Shown: positions 13,054-25,499, counted from the stretch's first letter. The stretch: 64,000 bases of DNA from Balanoglossus misakiensis (GCA_040954595.2 CM082583.2:218542-282541), one strand, 5' to 3'. Notes: generated from the letters alone by a model not told the origin. Made by a program: numbers and translations.

Positions 13054-13170
13054 ACTGGCTGCAGTGTGTGCCGATGAAACATCCTGCACAAGTACACTCA
13101 TAAGTTGTACACGACAGCTGAGTACACTGCCCATTGTTCAGGCATGGACTTGGCCTACATGGAGTTTGTT
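13054..13170 (-). CDS. 8-Cys EGF exon E6 (open)
   Basis: cag/EQTPCRPSPCLNNGQCTQLSCTTYECTCAGCFIGTHCSQ/gt; 117 bp. Confidence 0.88.
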
Positions 13171-13482
13171 CTGTTTCAATGGCATTAAAAAAAATAGCAG
13201 TGACATACGTTTTTAGGGTATGACCATTTCCCTAATTCCTACAGCTGTGGTTCTATCGGGTTCTCCTATAACTGAGCCTCCTAAATGTATAACTGAACAA
13301 TAAGAATTACTTATTATACTTTTGGGAGTTTAGGACTTTGGTAATTGAAGAAAAGACTCAATTCCTGAAAGTGCCTATTTGGTTTGTCACATCCTAAATA
13401 TACAGGTAATTTCATAGCTGCCAGCTATGACAAATATACCGGTATGATGGGGGATAAACAGATCCTCGTCTGATAAATTTAC

Positions 13483-13605
13483 CTTGGTCACAGGTGATTC
13501 CAATGAAACAGCCTTGACAGCGACAGGTAAACGCACTGCACGATCTACTGATTGGCTCACAGATACCGTTGTTCATGCACAGATTGGGAGAACATTGACC
13601 GAGTC
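13483..13605 (-). CDS. 8-Cys EGF exon E5 (open; copy A only)
   Basis: cag/GLGQCSPNLCMNNGICEPISRSCSAFTCRCQGCFIGITCDQ/gtaaat. Deleted in copy B (junction ~37563). Confidence 0.88.
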
Positions 13606-14420
13606 CTGGAGATGCATGTAAATCAACCAAAAATTGCATATTAACATCACAAGTCATTTCACTATTTTTTCATTCAAAACTAAAAAGATTGCTTGTAACT
13701 TGCTGAAGAAATATTCATATGGACAGACCATTCTAGCTTGGAACAGGCAATGTCAAGGGTGCCCTGACGCCCAACTTTTAAGAGCAGTTCATTTACTGAA
13801 ACTGCCAGCACCCAATATTATCACACATGTAATCCATATGTGGAAATCAAATACACCTGTAACAGTTTTAATTTACCATGTGGGTATTTGCATAGCGCAC
13901 ACATGAAAATCCACCCAGTTTGTTTACAAATTGTTTTCGTGAAATCTGTTTTATTGTTAACGCACTGCGAAATAAAATGCCCCTAAACCACAATTTTTGT
14001 TTCAATGCTTCACGCAAACATAAAATTATTACGAAAAGTGTCAGCGTAACCAAGAAATATGAGTGCCCAGTCGGACATGCAAAAAACATGGATGATTTGT
14101 TTACAATTTTTAAATGAAGCTTGTGGCACTAGAAATGACCGTTCAACCGACAGACGAACACCAAACCATAATAATTAGCACAGACATCGTAATACTTTTA
14201 GAATTTTAGAAAAAAACGCAGTGGCTGCTGAAATGCAGGAGTGCCAGTTTGGTGGCAAGTTTTCACATCACTGGTGGGGTCGACATGTGCCGAAGTAAGG
14301 AAGTCATTGTCCAACTGTCCTGGGTGTTAATTATATGCAAAAGAACATCATCATACAGATAATCCCCAAACCCTTTGATCTTTGCCGCAGTTGCTCGTCC
14401 TTCTTTCTCTAGGGTCTATG

Positions 14421-14535
14421 GTTTGACAGATGTCACCTGTGTAAGAGTTCACACACTGGCATGAATAGAAATTGCACGATGTTTGCTGGCAAAATCCACC
14501 ATTCATACATGGGTTGGGATCACAGGGGTTTTGCA
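14421..14535 (-). pseudogene. 8-Cys EGF exon E4, 3' end disrupted by a DNA transposon
   Basis: VQNPCDPNPCMNGGFCQQTSCNFYSCQCVNSYTGDICQT runs directly into TIR catagaccctagagaaag; the donor is lost in this copy. Confidence 0.85.
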
Positions 14536-15084
14536 CTGGAAATTAAGAAAGGACGCCATTTTATTCCTTGCTACTCATTCTACAAACTTGGCAAAAACCT
14601 TGCAGAATTATGGCAAGGGTGTGTGGAGTGATTGTGCCTACAACTTATATTAGGCTGGTATCAAGTTGTTCACACCTCCATAGATCATGTGGCAGTGACT
14701 GTAAGGCAAGGGCTTCCCTTCATGAAATCAAAGACCTGTGTACTGGAGGAGGGTTCCTTGCAAATGCTTGACTTGACTTCAGGCATACCTGTAGACTCAT
14801 ATGCAAATTTACACTATCTGGCCTGGAGTGAGAATTTCCATAGTGGATGTGTGTTGACAAAAGGCAGTAAAATTGGCCAGTCGCGCATAATGTTTCTTGA
14901 ACTAAGACAATCAAGACATTATGCGCTACGAAAGTGATTTTGATTGGGAAGAGTGTAATCTTGCATTCGATGTCAAGAACGCTCCAAGCTCTGCTGTGGT
15001 GATGGCTACACCTATGCTCAGGAAACATGCAGTATTTGAATGCATCAGAGACAAAAGGTAAAAGAGACTGCGCTGTATACTTAC

Positions 15085-15207
15085 ATATCTCACACCTATC
15101 ACCTTTGTAGCAACCAGTACATATGCAGGTGAGATCAAAGCAGGAATTTCGAGCCGGTTGACAGAAGCCACCATTCTGGCACGGATTTGGTGGACACTGG
15201 TTGAGTC
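15085..15207 (-). CDS. 8-Cys EGF exon E3 (open)
   Basis: tag/GLNQCPPNPCQNGGFCQPARNSCFDLTCICTGCYKGDRCEI/gtaagt; 123 bp. Confidence 0.9.
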
Positions 15208-15437
15208 CTACAAGGAAAAGGGTCAAATTTTCCATGATCATCAATGTCATGTGATTATGAATGTATGTAAGTGGCTGAAAAAAATTCCCAGGGGTGAGTT
15301 TCCTACAAAAATTGTGATGTGACAAACCGACAAATTAGCATATTAGCATAATCAGAATAAAAAAAAAAATGCACAGGTAGTTTAAAAGAACAAACACTTT
15401 GGAAACGGAATAGATCTAAGCTGCTGTCCCTTTCTAA

Positions 15438-15895
15438 TTGTTACTCGTTCAAAAATCACCTGTCACATCACTCCAATTTAGTATCAGTTGCACTGGCTAC
15501 CTGTTACAGAGCGTATTGTTTTTAAGATGTTAGTTCTCATTTTTAAATCCATTCATAAACTTGGTCCAATCTATCTTTCTAGCATGACTAATCTATATGT
15601 TCCGTGTCGCAATTTAAGGTCAGCTGATCAGTACAAACTCTGCCCTGTTCGATCACGCACCAAGAGTTATGGTGATCGTGCTTTTACTGTTGCTGCTCCA
15701 ATTCTTTGGAATAATCTTCCACTCACCATTCGCCAGGCACCAGACTTATCTGTTTTTAAATCAAATGTTAAAACTTTACTTTTTAAATCTGTTTTTTAGC
15801 CATTTGTTGTATTGTACTTTTGCTTTAAGCGTCATTGATCACATTTTTTGTGGATACTGACGCTATACAAATAAATTATTATTATTATTATTATT
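15438..15895 (+). mobile_element. L2-group LINE 3' fragment
   Basis: LHWLPVTERIVFK, YGDRAFTVAAPILWNNLP motifs; (att)n tail. Paralogue at ~41320-41778. Confidence 0.88.
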
Positions 15896-15987
15896 TCTAT
15901 TTTTGTGTTTGTACAACATCAGTGAAGTTTAAATCATAATAAAAAAATGATAATTATCATTATTAACTGCTATAGATTCAAACTTAC

Positions 15988-16110
15988 TTGTCTCACACCT
16001 GGTTCCCTAGTAACACTCTGTGCACATGCCAATGGTGGCAGTACAAGAATTTGCCTGTTGTTGGCAGGTACCTCCATTGAGACAAGGACTAGTGAAGCAT
16101 GGATTAGGAA
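15988..16110 (-). pseudogene. 8-Cys EGF exon E2 (TAG stop)
   Basis: PNPCFTSPCLNGGTCQQQANSCTATIGMCTECY*GTRCET; 123 bp with ag/gt ends. Confidence 0.87.
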
Positions 16111-16344
16111 CTGGAAGACAGGAATTCAAAATTTTATACAACACTTACCTATGGTAACACCAGTACACATTCATTATTTCTCTGTTATGTTTTTATACTG
16201 GTGATTTTACTGTTTTTATTACCGATCATACTGACTGACTTAAAGATGATGATGATGATGATTATAATGACTACACCTGCTATTATTACTACAATGTACC
16301 TCAGCACTTAGATTTTTTAATAAATGACAAAGTACTGTACTCAC

Positions 16345-16474
16345 GTGTTTCACATGTGAAGCCCAGGTAGCAGCCAGCACATTGACATGTGACGCCTGTA
16401 CAAGATCCCTGGATTGCTTGGCAAGTACCAGCATTCCGGCATGGGTTAAGGTTTGTGTTCGCACGGATTCATTG
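16345..16474 (-). pseudogene. 8-Cys EGF exon E1 (+1 frameshift)
   Basis: MNPCEHKP[+1]NPCRNAGTCQAIQGSCTGVTCQCAGCYLGFTCET/gtgagt; 130 bp. Confidence 0.86.
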
Positions 16475-16734
16475 CTGCAAATGTACACAATATTTACAAA
16501 ATAAAACAGTATAAAACTGTAAGTATTTATAATCATCAATTGTGAATATCACACCAATCAAGGCCTTTCAATGCACCCTGATTGCTGAGAGCTGAAATAC
16601 GTGAACCAACGTGTATTTGTTTTCACTACTATATCACATGACATTCTGCATCTCTTTTCCAAAGTTGTAGTCTGCACCCAACATTGTATTCCGGGGTAGC
16701 ACTACACGGAACCCCGAAACTTTTTTGTCATCAT

Positions 16735-19700
16735 TGTAGTATTCTGATAACTACGATCAATATAGCGCCCTCTAGTGTTGCATTGTTGGTGTTCCACTTG
16801 TTTATGAATTGCTGTACGACGTCACTTCCGCCCAGATTAGGCGAAGCACATTGTTGAGTCTTTTCAGCCGATCAATAAATAGGTTGTTGTTATACCTAAG
16901 ATCGCATTATTATTCCCATGTTGATGGAAACATAACATGGTGGCAGCGGTGAACGTGAGTGATCAGATGTAAGCAGACTTTTCACAGTATCGACTACACA
17001 AGACACCAAAACTACAGAAGAAAAGACCATCGAACTGACCTGACAAGATGGCGGCCGCACTACAAACGCCCTTCACAGCCCCAAAGATGGAATGGGACGC
17101 GCCAGATCTAGCAATAGCCTTCAGTCGTTTTCGTCAAAAATGTGAGTTAACATTTAAGACAGCACTTAAAGATGCTAACGATGAAGAGAAAGCTAGCTAC
17201 ATACTTCTATGGTCCGGTGAACCAGGTCTTGACAAATACAACAGTTGGTCGTTTGAAAATGAAGACCAGCGGAAAGATCCCACAGTACTATTCGACAAAT
17301 TTTCCGAACACTTAGAGCCGAAGTCGAATCATCGCATACATAGATACCAATTCCAAGATATGAGACAAGACACTGGAGAACCAGTTGATGATTTCTTTTC
17401 GAAATTGAAAAATGAAGCCGCCAAATGCAAATTTGGAGATACAAAAGAACAGGAAGCGAGACTCGTAGATCAGTTGATATGGGGGATCTGTCACCAAGAA
17501 ATACAGAAGAAACTTATTGGGCGTGATGAGAACCTGACCTTGAAGGAGGCACTTGATATAGCTAGAGGTCACGAAGCCACAACAAAACACATGAAAACGC
17601 TCACAGATTGCCAAATTGCTAGTCCCGTGGATAGCAAAGCTGTCAACGCAGTAAATAGGCAACCCAACAAAACACACCCCAAACAATGTAAGCATTGTGG
17701 AAAAAAGCATGACACCTCAGTGAAAAGTAACTGCCCAGCATATGGCTCGAAATGCCGAATTTGTGGGAAACCTAATCACTGGCAGGCGGTATGCCGTTCC
17801 AAAACCAGCTCAAGCGAACCGAAGTCACAGCAGAGACGAGGTGGAAAACCAATCCATAATGTGACACACTCGAACAGCAACATGCATCAAATAGATGATG
17901 AAGTCCTAGATGTTGGAACTATCAAAATAAATGCATTGGACAACATCAACAGACAAGAAGAAATATACACGAAACTGACAATCACACAGAGCGAAAAGAA
18001 AAGGAAAGTAGCACTGAAATGCAAGATTGATACCGGTGCACAGAGCAATATACTGCCCCTCCGCCATTTCAAGATCATATTTCCAGAGAAACTGGATAAA
18101 CACGGAAATCCAAAACGCGGGCACTTGAAGGAAAATAAAACAATCCTTACCGCATATGGAGGTTCCAGAATCAAACAGCTTGGCACCATCGTCATTCCAT
18201 GTGAACATAGAGAGAGGAAAATCAGATGCCTCTTCTATGTAACTGACGCCGCAGGCCCAGCCATTTTAGGGTTAAAGGCAAGCAGAGCCTTAAACCTGAT
18301 ACAAATAAACTGTTCAGTAGAAGCCATACAAGTGCAGGCGAGCCCAGAGTGCAAGACAGCACAGCCTGGAAGAAATGTTGAAGTGGAAAAAAGAAAGATG
18401 AACGAACAGAAGCCAGCAGGAAGAAACAGAAACCCTACAGATGACTACATAGACAGTAATACACCCATCAGGGACCGCCCTCCCATAAAGAGCAAAGAAC
18501 AGTTGCTGAGGATGTACCCTGATTGCTTTGACGACGTGGTCGGATGTTTTGAAAACTACACATACCACATCACTCTTGATCCAGAAGTACAACCAGTAGT
18601 ACACCCTGCCCGCAGAGTTCCATTAGAACTAATGGATAGACTCAAAACCGAGCTACAGGAGATGGAAGATAAGCAAATCATCGCCAAAGTGAACCAGCCT
18701 ACGAACTGGGTCAATTCTCTTGTTGTCCGGGAGAAAGACAATGGAAGACTTCGCATTTGTCTGGACCCGAAGGACTTGAACAAAGCCATTAAAAGGGATC
18801 ATTACCCTACACCCACATTGGAGGAGATTACCCCAAAGTTGGCAGGCGCAACACTTTTCAGCAAGCTAGACGCGCGGAACGGATACTGGAATGTAAAGAT
18901 CGATGAAGAATCATCCTTCCTGACGACCTTTAACACACCATATGGCCGTTACAGATTCCTACGAATGCCATTTGGGCTAAGGATGAGCCAAGATGTGTTT
19001 CAATTCAAAATTGATGAAACATACAGAGAGTGTGAAGGTGCAGTCGGCATTGCAGACGATATACAAGTCTTCGGATCAGGGGAGCGACACCATGACCTGC
19101 ATCTACACGAAGCCATGGAACGAACCAGGAAAGCAGGCATTAAACTGAACAAAGAGAAATGCTACATCAAGACAAAAGAATGTAGTTTCTTTGGCATGTT
19201 ATACACAGAAGACGGAGTTAAACCCAACCCAGAAAAGGTCAATGCGATAGAGATGATGCATCCGCCTAGAGACAAAACCGAACTGCGCACATTCCTCGGA
19301 ATGTTGAACTACATGGGTTCATTCATACCCAGATTAGCTGAACACACAGCACCACTGAGAGAGCTCATCAGAGACGACACTGAGTTTGAGTGGTCTCCGA
19401 CACACACAAAGTCTTTCAATATGATCAAGGACCTGATCAGCACAAAGACTACACTTGCTTACTACGACCGTAAGAAGCCTGTCACTCTACAAGTCGACGC
19501 ATCGGAAAAGGGAATCGGAGCGGTGCTCATACAGGAACAGAGACCTATAGCATTTGCGTCCAAGGCCCTGACACCAGCGGAAACCCGATACGCCAATATA
19601 GAAAGAGAACTACTCGCGGTAGTCTACGGATGCGAGAAGTTTCGCACATATCTCTACGGCAGAAGTTTCATAGTAGAGAGTGATCATCGACCGTTGGAGC

Positions 19701-21552
19701 AAATTCAGAGGAAGAATTTGACCAAGGCACCACCCCGATTACAGAGAATGCTGTTGCGCTTACAGCCGTATGATTTCACCATACACTACAAGCCAGGCAA
19801 ACAGATGATACTCGCCGACGCACTATCTAGACTGTCACCGCAAGATCAGAACGAAATCAGTGACATGAAAGTCCAGATACACCACCTGGTGAAGATCACA
19901 CCAATGAGACAGATGGAGATCAAAGAAGAAACTACCAAAGATGAAATTCTTCAATTATTGATCCAGCAAGTCCTGAAAGGATGGCCAGATAGCATCAAGG
20001 ACATTCACGCTGATATTCGACCCTATTGGTCTATTCGAGACGATATCGCTATCGAAGATGGTATTGTCCTGATAGGCAGCCGACTCCTCATACCAGCAGT
20101 AATGAGAGATGAAATGCTACAACGCATTCATAGCAGTCACCTGGGGATCGAGAAATGCAAGCTGAGAGCCAGATCCAGCGTGTACTGGCCAGGAATTTAT
20201 AAAGATATAGAGAGACTAGTAACAGGATGCAACGCGTGCCAGAAATTCCAGAATTCCCAGCAGAAGGAACCGATGATTCCAATGGAAATTCCACCACGAC
20301 CGTGGCACACAATTGGAGCAGACCTATTCTACGTGAACCAAACATGGTACATGATAGTTGCTGACTACTACTCCAAGTTCCCCTTTATTAGGAAACTTGA
20401 AGACCTCAGAGCCAGTACCATTATGAGAGCCCTCCGAGTTCTATTTGCAGAGCAAGGAATACCCGAGAAACTAGTTTGTGACAACGGATCTCAGTTTACA
20501 GCTAGAGACTTCCACAGCCTAACTGAGAAATATGGTTTTGCGATAGTCACATCATCACCATACTATCCCAAAGGGCACGGTTTTATCGAGCGACATGTAC
20601 AGACCGTGAAGAACATCCTGATGAAGTGCAAAGAGTCCGGAGATGATCCGAATCAGAGCATGCAAGACAACTCTCCCAGCCAAAATTCACCCAGCAAGAA
20701 ACGGGGAGGAAGTTCGTCAATACCTGACATCTCAACAGCAGGCCCAGACTTCCAGCCACGACCAGCACTCCAGACAACTACCAGAATTGCTGACAGGTCA
20801 ACAAGTCCATATACAAAACCCAATCAGCAAAACATGGAGTCCAGCGAGAGTTGTAGCCCCAGCAAACACACCTAGGTCCTACACCGTGAAGTTAGACAAC
20901 GGGAAACAAATGCGACGCAACAGGATCCACCTGAAACCAGTCAGCGCAGAACTGAAACCAGCACAGACAGGGATGGATCAACACAATATTGCACCAGCAG
21001 TCACAGAGGGAACACCGCCTCAACAACCCGCAACGCCAGCGTCACCAGCCCAAGAATCGTTGAGATCAACACGAACCAGAACAAACATACAAAAGCCGTC
21101 TCGATACAAAGACTATGTGACTGATTGATAGCTTTTTCTGATATTGAGATACGCCATTTGTTCCACAGAAAGTTGAGTTAAAAAGAGGAAAATTTATCAC
21201 ATTTTTCCCAGAGTATTTTTCATGTTCGTTGCGTTTGATTTTGACAAAGACTGATTCAAGATGAATGCAGAGTTTGCACAGGACAATTCACAGTGACATT
21301 CGTATTCAAAAAAGAGTTTTGAAACAATTTATCTTAAAGAAGAGGGGATGTAGTATTCTGATAACTACGATCAATATAGCGCCCTCTAGTGTTGCATTGT
21401 TGGTGTTCCACTTGTTTATGAATTGCTGTTCGACGTCACTTCCGCCCAGATTAGGCGAAGCACATTGTTGAGTCTTTTCAGCCGATCAATAAATAGGTTG
21501 TTGTTATACCTAAAGATCGCATTATTATTCCCATGTTGATGGAAACATAACA
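16735..21552 (+). mobile_element. Near-complete Ty3/Gypsy (Mag-like) LTR retrotransposon
   Basis: TG..CA LTRs at 16735-16937 and 21349-21552 (1 substitution, 1 indel). TSD atcat; PBS tggtggcagcggt (tRNA-Leu type); PPT aaagaagagggga. Empty site in copy B at 42611-42615. Confidence 0.97.
17048..20875 (+). CDS. Gag-Pol polyprotein (gag, CCHC, aspartic protease, RT, RNase H, integrase); C-terminus frameshifted
   Basis: CRICGKPNHW, KIDTGA, IADDIQV, VDAS..ERELLA..DHRPL..ADALSR, HSSHLG..CNAC, ADLF..DNGSQF..ERHVQT. The integrase tail continues in another frame (20643-21128). Confidence 0.95.
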   Translation: MAAALQTPFTAPKMEWDAPDLAIAFSRFRQKCELTFKTALKDANDEEKASYILLWSGEPGLDKYNSWSFENEDQRKDPTVLFDKFSEHLEPKSNHRIHRYQFQDMRQDTGEPVDDFFSKLKNEAAKCKFGDTKEQEARLVDQLIWGICHQEIQKKLIGRDENLTLKEALDIARGHEATTKHMKTLTDCQIASPVDSKAVNAVNRQPNKTHPKQCKHCGKKHDTSVKSNCPAYGSKCRICGKPNHWQAVCRSKTSSSEPKSQQRRGGKPIHNVTHSNSNMHQIDDEVLDVGTIKINALDNINRQEEIYTKLTITQSEKKRKVALKCKIDTGAQSNILPLRHFKIIFPEKLDKHGNPKRGHLKENKTILTAYGGSRIKQLGTIVIPCEHRERKIRCLFYVTDAAGPAILGLKASRALNLIQINCSVEAIQVQASPECKTAQPGRNVEVEKRKMNEQKPAGRNRNPTDDYIDSNTPIRDRPPIKSKEQLLRMYPDCFDDVVGCFENYTYHITLDPEVQPVVHPARRVPLELMDRLKTELQEMEDKQIIAKVNQPTNWVNSLVVREKDNGRLRICLDPKDLNKAIKRDHYPTPTLEEITPKLAGATLFSKLDARNGYWNVKIDEESSFLTTFNTPYGRYRFLRMPFGLRMSQDVFQFKIDETYRECEGAVGIADDIQVFGSGERHHDLHLHEAMERTRKAGIKLNKEKCYIKTKECSFFGMLYTEDGVKPNPEKVNAIEMMHPPRDKTELRTFLGMLNYMGSFIPRLAEHTAPLRELIRDDTEFEWSPTHTKSFNMIKDLISTKTTLAYYDRKKPVTLQVDASEKGIGAVLIQEQRPIAFASKALTPAETRYANIERELLAVVYGCEKFRTYLYGRSFIVESDHRPLEQIQRKNLTKAPPRLQRMLLRLQPYDFTIHYKPGKQMILADALSRLSPQDQNEISDMKVQIHHLVKITPMRQMEIKEETTKDEILQLLIQQVLKGWPDSIKDIHADIRPYWSIRDDIAIEDGIVLIGSRLLIPAVMRDEMLQRIHSSHLGIEKCKLRARSSVYWPGIYKDIERLVTGCNACQKFQNSQQKEPMIPMEIPPRPWHTIGADLFYVNQTWYMIVADYYSKFPFIRKLEDLRASTIMRALRVLFAEQGIPEKLVCDNGSQFTARDFHSLTEKYGFAIVTSSPYYPKGHGFIERHVQTVKNILMKCKESGDDPNQSMQDNSPSQNSPSKKRGGSSSIPDISTAGPDFQPRPALQTTTRIADRSTSPYTKPNQQNMESSESCSPSKHT

Positions 21553-22109
21553 ATCATCCGAGTACTTTTCCCAGCATGCAGTTGCCAAGAAGGCTGCACA
21601 GGGAGTTTTTAATTTTGCACTGGTATACAATTTTTTTATTCGTCAATTTCACAGACACGTGCATTGCACATCAAAATTTTGCGTCAAAAGTGAGGACAAC
21701 TTAACTAGGTACCAATGCAATGTGGTTTTAGGCGGATTTGAACTTTTCCTTTAATGTAACAGTTGTATTGACATGCGATTATCATACTGAACATGAATCA
21801 ATCTCAAAATTGCTAAAAATAAAATAATTCAGAACATTTAGATTCTACAATGGTGAAAAAATATGACAAACCTCCCAAAATTCTTATTTTTGAGGCCATT
21901 TTACAAAAATCTACGAGCCTGGCAAAATCTGACAGAGGTGCTAGATAAAGGGCACTTTTTCAAAACTCTAGATGGTTGACCCCAAGTATGCTTATTTGGT
22001 TAAATTTTAAAAGGAAATCACCCGCTGTTTTAGAGTTAATATTGCGAAAGGGACTTCATAAGTTGTCTGAAAACACCAGTTTCCCCAATTTTCACTAATG
22101 TATAGGAAT

Positions 22110-22748
22110 ACTTGAGAAGTCGGCCAGTACGCGCGTATGAGAAGTCGGCCAGTACGAGAAGTCGGCCAGTTGTTGAACTTGTACCCGAATAGTGCAGTGA
22201 TGACCCAGATTACTTATAACAACACTTAATAAAATATAATTGCACTAAATATTTTCATTTGGACGGATTTCCCAAATTCTTGACAACACAATGGCGTCAT
22301 TTCAAATAATGGCGTCTGGCATCCGTACCAGTTCGCCAGCCCCGTATCCGCGTAAGGAGCTTAGGTTGTTCGCCAAATTCCTGTGACATTTCTGATTAAA
22401 GGGAGTTGTTTCAAAGCCTACTAAAATACATAGAAGATGTATGTGTATATTCATACTTTGAGACAAAACCAAACAAACAAACGTGACGAGGAACAGACTA
22501 CTGGCGCAGCGCAAGAAGTGCAGGTGACTGATGTTGACGTACCCCGGTGACGTACATGCAAAGTGAACAGACAGTTTTAAAATTCATCGGCTATTTGTAC
22601 AAATATCTCAGCTCCTGTACATCAAGGAAACATTTCGTAGTGAAACAGTTATATATAACACAAAGTACCAGGGTTCTCTCCCACAGGCCGACTTCTCGTA
22701 CTGGCCGATACCGACTTCTCATACTTGTCGACTTCTCAGGACACCATG
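22110..22748. mobile_element. MITE-like element with inverted subterminal gagaagtcggccagtac repeats
   Basis: Three direct copies at the left and reverse-complement copies at the right. Paralogue at ~43577-44222. Confidence 0.6.
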
Positions 22749-22857
22749 TATAGCATAGCTGTTGAACTCAAAAAATATGTAAAACTACAAGTGATGTAAA
22801 CAACTTGTGGAACCATGTTCAAATCGAGACCAGAAGAAAAGAGATTTCAAGACTTAC

Positions 22858-23621
22858 CTCCTTCAACACTTTACTGCCCTGTAGCGCACTGTGTGACATT
22901 TGTAGTTGTGCATTCATAACCAGAAGGACGTGGCCGAACCTAGCGAGTATGAACCTATCACAGAAAAAATTCAAAGAACGATTGGTTTGGTCCAACGATC
23001 CCTTATTAGAGAGATGTCCGTAATCACAGGTGTTACTGTACTATACCTCTTCAGTGGAATCATTGTGTTTTTCAAAGTGCATCACAATATCAACTCCAAT
23101 GAGCATAACAGTTTAATTTTCTGTGTATGTCATGCTATAACACAGGGAAGTCACAAGAGTGATTTGCAGCCCAACTTACCAGTAACTGTTGAACAATCAA
23201 CTACGGGTGACATGGTTGGACACTTGGATCCTGCTGGACAAGGCGTGCATGTGCCGTCGCCTTCCATAGCATATTCACCATTGCCACAGTCAAGCGGATC
23301 TTACATTGAATCTGTACACGATTGTCCAGCAGGGCACAGAAGACGGGATGTGCGTGCAGGCTCCGCACTTATTTCATCTGATTAAAGAAAATGAGGTTTT
23401 TAGTGAAGTATTTGTGATACAGTGTCATTTAAAATAACAAATTACTTGAGATGATTCACTTCATAATTCTGAGACAAGTATACAGGCATGTAGAAAATTC
23501 TTTGGAGGACATTAAATGTCATTTCTAATCAACCATTTTCTGAATATCATAAGACTCTGCGAGATCTCACATGGCTAACCGGGTCTCGCAAGATCTCGCA
23601 CTGAGTTGATAATCTGTTGTA

Positions 23622-23655
<34 letters not shown>

Positions 23656-24876
23656 AACATAACCCCAGTCGCACTGACTTGAAAATCTGTTGTAAACACA
23701 TACATGCATACACACATACCCCTCAGTTTCATCACACAGCAAACTGAACAAGTACCACAATCTTACCATTTGTACATCTGGTACAGTTTGTTGCACCAGC
23801 CAATGACACGTAACCCTTGGTACACTTGAATTGCGATGCACTGGGATCTGTGCAGGCGTACCCTTGCTCACAAATAGTACACTGTTCAGCACCGGCTGAT
23901 CTGTAAATCAAACAAAGAATTTACACACCAAGTTAACCTTTGAATACCACTGTAAAAAATTGGCGCAAATTTTAATTATTTTCATAAATAGAGGTCTATT
24001 CAAATTTGATGTTGGAAATAAAGGTGGGTGGGTAGAAGTTTACCTGTTATGCAAGAGGTACAGCGAGACATCCTTTGTCCAAGGCCGAACTGTAATAACC
24101 AGCCGAGCATAAAATCACAGTGTTACCATTTGGACAATGGTTACCAGCTTGGCAATCAGCACATGATGTTTGTGCTGAAAATAAACAGAGATTTATAGAA
24201 TCTTATAGTCACAGTCATACCTTCAAAGACGTGGGATTCTCACGCGGGTTGGGGAGACATAAATCCCTGGCAAAAGATTGAGGACAGGAAAATGCCAAAC
24301 CAGAGATATTGGTAACAGAAACTGTATACAGTCAATGCCATATGGCAGTGTGCTGTTCTAACAACCGACAAGAATGTGACGATCATAGTCTGTGTCGGAG
24401 ATTTGGAAAAGAGCAAATTCGGTGAAAAGACGGGACAAAACAAAAGTCTACTTATACGATGCACATGAAAACTGGATGAAAGCGAAGCAGTCCACTATTT
24501 GAATGCATTGGATGTAAAATTGGCAGAATAATTGGACTGGACATAATGTTTGTACGCACAGAATTAGGCACATGCACATAAGATGATCGTCCGCCTAAGT
24601 GAAAGATTACACAGTAATGCCCAAACTTTAAGTGCTGACTCACCATTTATATTAGTGTAGTATCCATCTTCACACACCTCTAGCTCCGACATACCATCAT
24701 ATTGGCACTTATACCCAGGGCAGGACAAGGCGTACAGTCTATACTTCCATTGTTGGCAAAATATCCCTGTCCGCATTGTGTTGGTGATGAGAGGCTGGCT
24801 GTTCCACACATGAAACCCTTGGACACAGCGTGCATGCTTCAGAACATGCTGAACGGTAACTTCCAACTGCGCAGTC
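22858..24876 (-). pseudogene. GCC2/GCC3 Cys-rich repeat exon cluster (A/B junction)
   Basis: Exons: 24644-24876 (frameshifts), 24044-24174 (frameshift), 23767-23900 (open: SAGAEQCTICEQGYACTDP..CTRCTN), 23180-23377 (TAA stop), 22858-22954 (deletion plus stop). All have ag/gt ends. Confidence 0.87.
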
Positions 24877-25499
24877 CTGTAGGAGTAAAGACGTCAAATA
24901 TTAGGGAGGTTTAAGAGCCCTCTAGCCAGCAAACTTCATCAAGGATGTACGCGCAGAACATAAACTGGAAACACTGCGCGCCCGGTCTTTTTCCCATAGG
25001 ATTACATTGATAATCGCCAGAAAACAAACTTCTACTATTGTCATTTTCACGAAATTTTACACATAGCTCAGTCCAGCAAATATAAATTCATTGGTCAAAT
25101 AAAATATAGGCGTCACCGCGCTCTTTTTTTGAGATAAATTGCGTTAAGAATTTTGCCCATAGACAAACCATTGGTGAAAAATGCTGAGTCAGCAGATTTC
25201 TTCTATTATCGACCAAATTCATGGCTCTGTATTTCAAAAACAAGCCCAGTGACCCCTATATTTTATTACGGATTTTCATTATACATACAAAGGAGAATAA
25301 AAAAATCCACAATTAAAAAAAATGACAATACTTTCAATTTTACTGAACGTACATCCTTAATGTTACTTAATATGTAGTGGAGCACCAAAACCCAAATTTT
25401 CATATCGATTGTGTATTTTGTGATAAAAGCACCAAACTTGGCTCAGATGTGTGTTAATGTGTACTGAACGAATTCAGATAGCGAGTCACTAAATATCTG

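Larger units (their letters stand above)
1..24619. repeat. Tandem segmental duplication unit, copy A (begins outside the window)
   Basis: Position 1 (cccaaa..aagtgctg.ctcacc) recurs at 24620 and 47921. Homology is collinear across the unit, with scattered SNPs and large indels. Confidence 0.97.

Noticed and set aside
22114-22170. CRISPR-like short direct repeats gagaagtcggccagtac
   Set aside because: There are no unique regular spacers, inverted copies lie 550 bp away, and the context is eukaryotic. These are MITE subterminal repeats.
11855-23377. Selenocysteine or readthrough explanation for in-frame stops in Cys-rich exons
   Set aside because: The stops are TAG or TAA at non-Cys positions and co-occur with frameshifts.
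22906-23385. 159-aa plus-strand ORF (also 44380-44859) and most other short ORFs in the track
   Set aside because: These are antisense shadows of minus-strand exons or TE sequence. Their recurrence reflects the duplication only.
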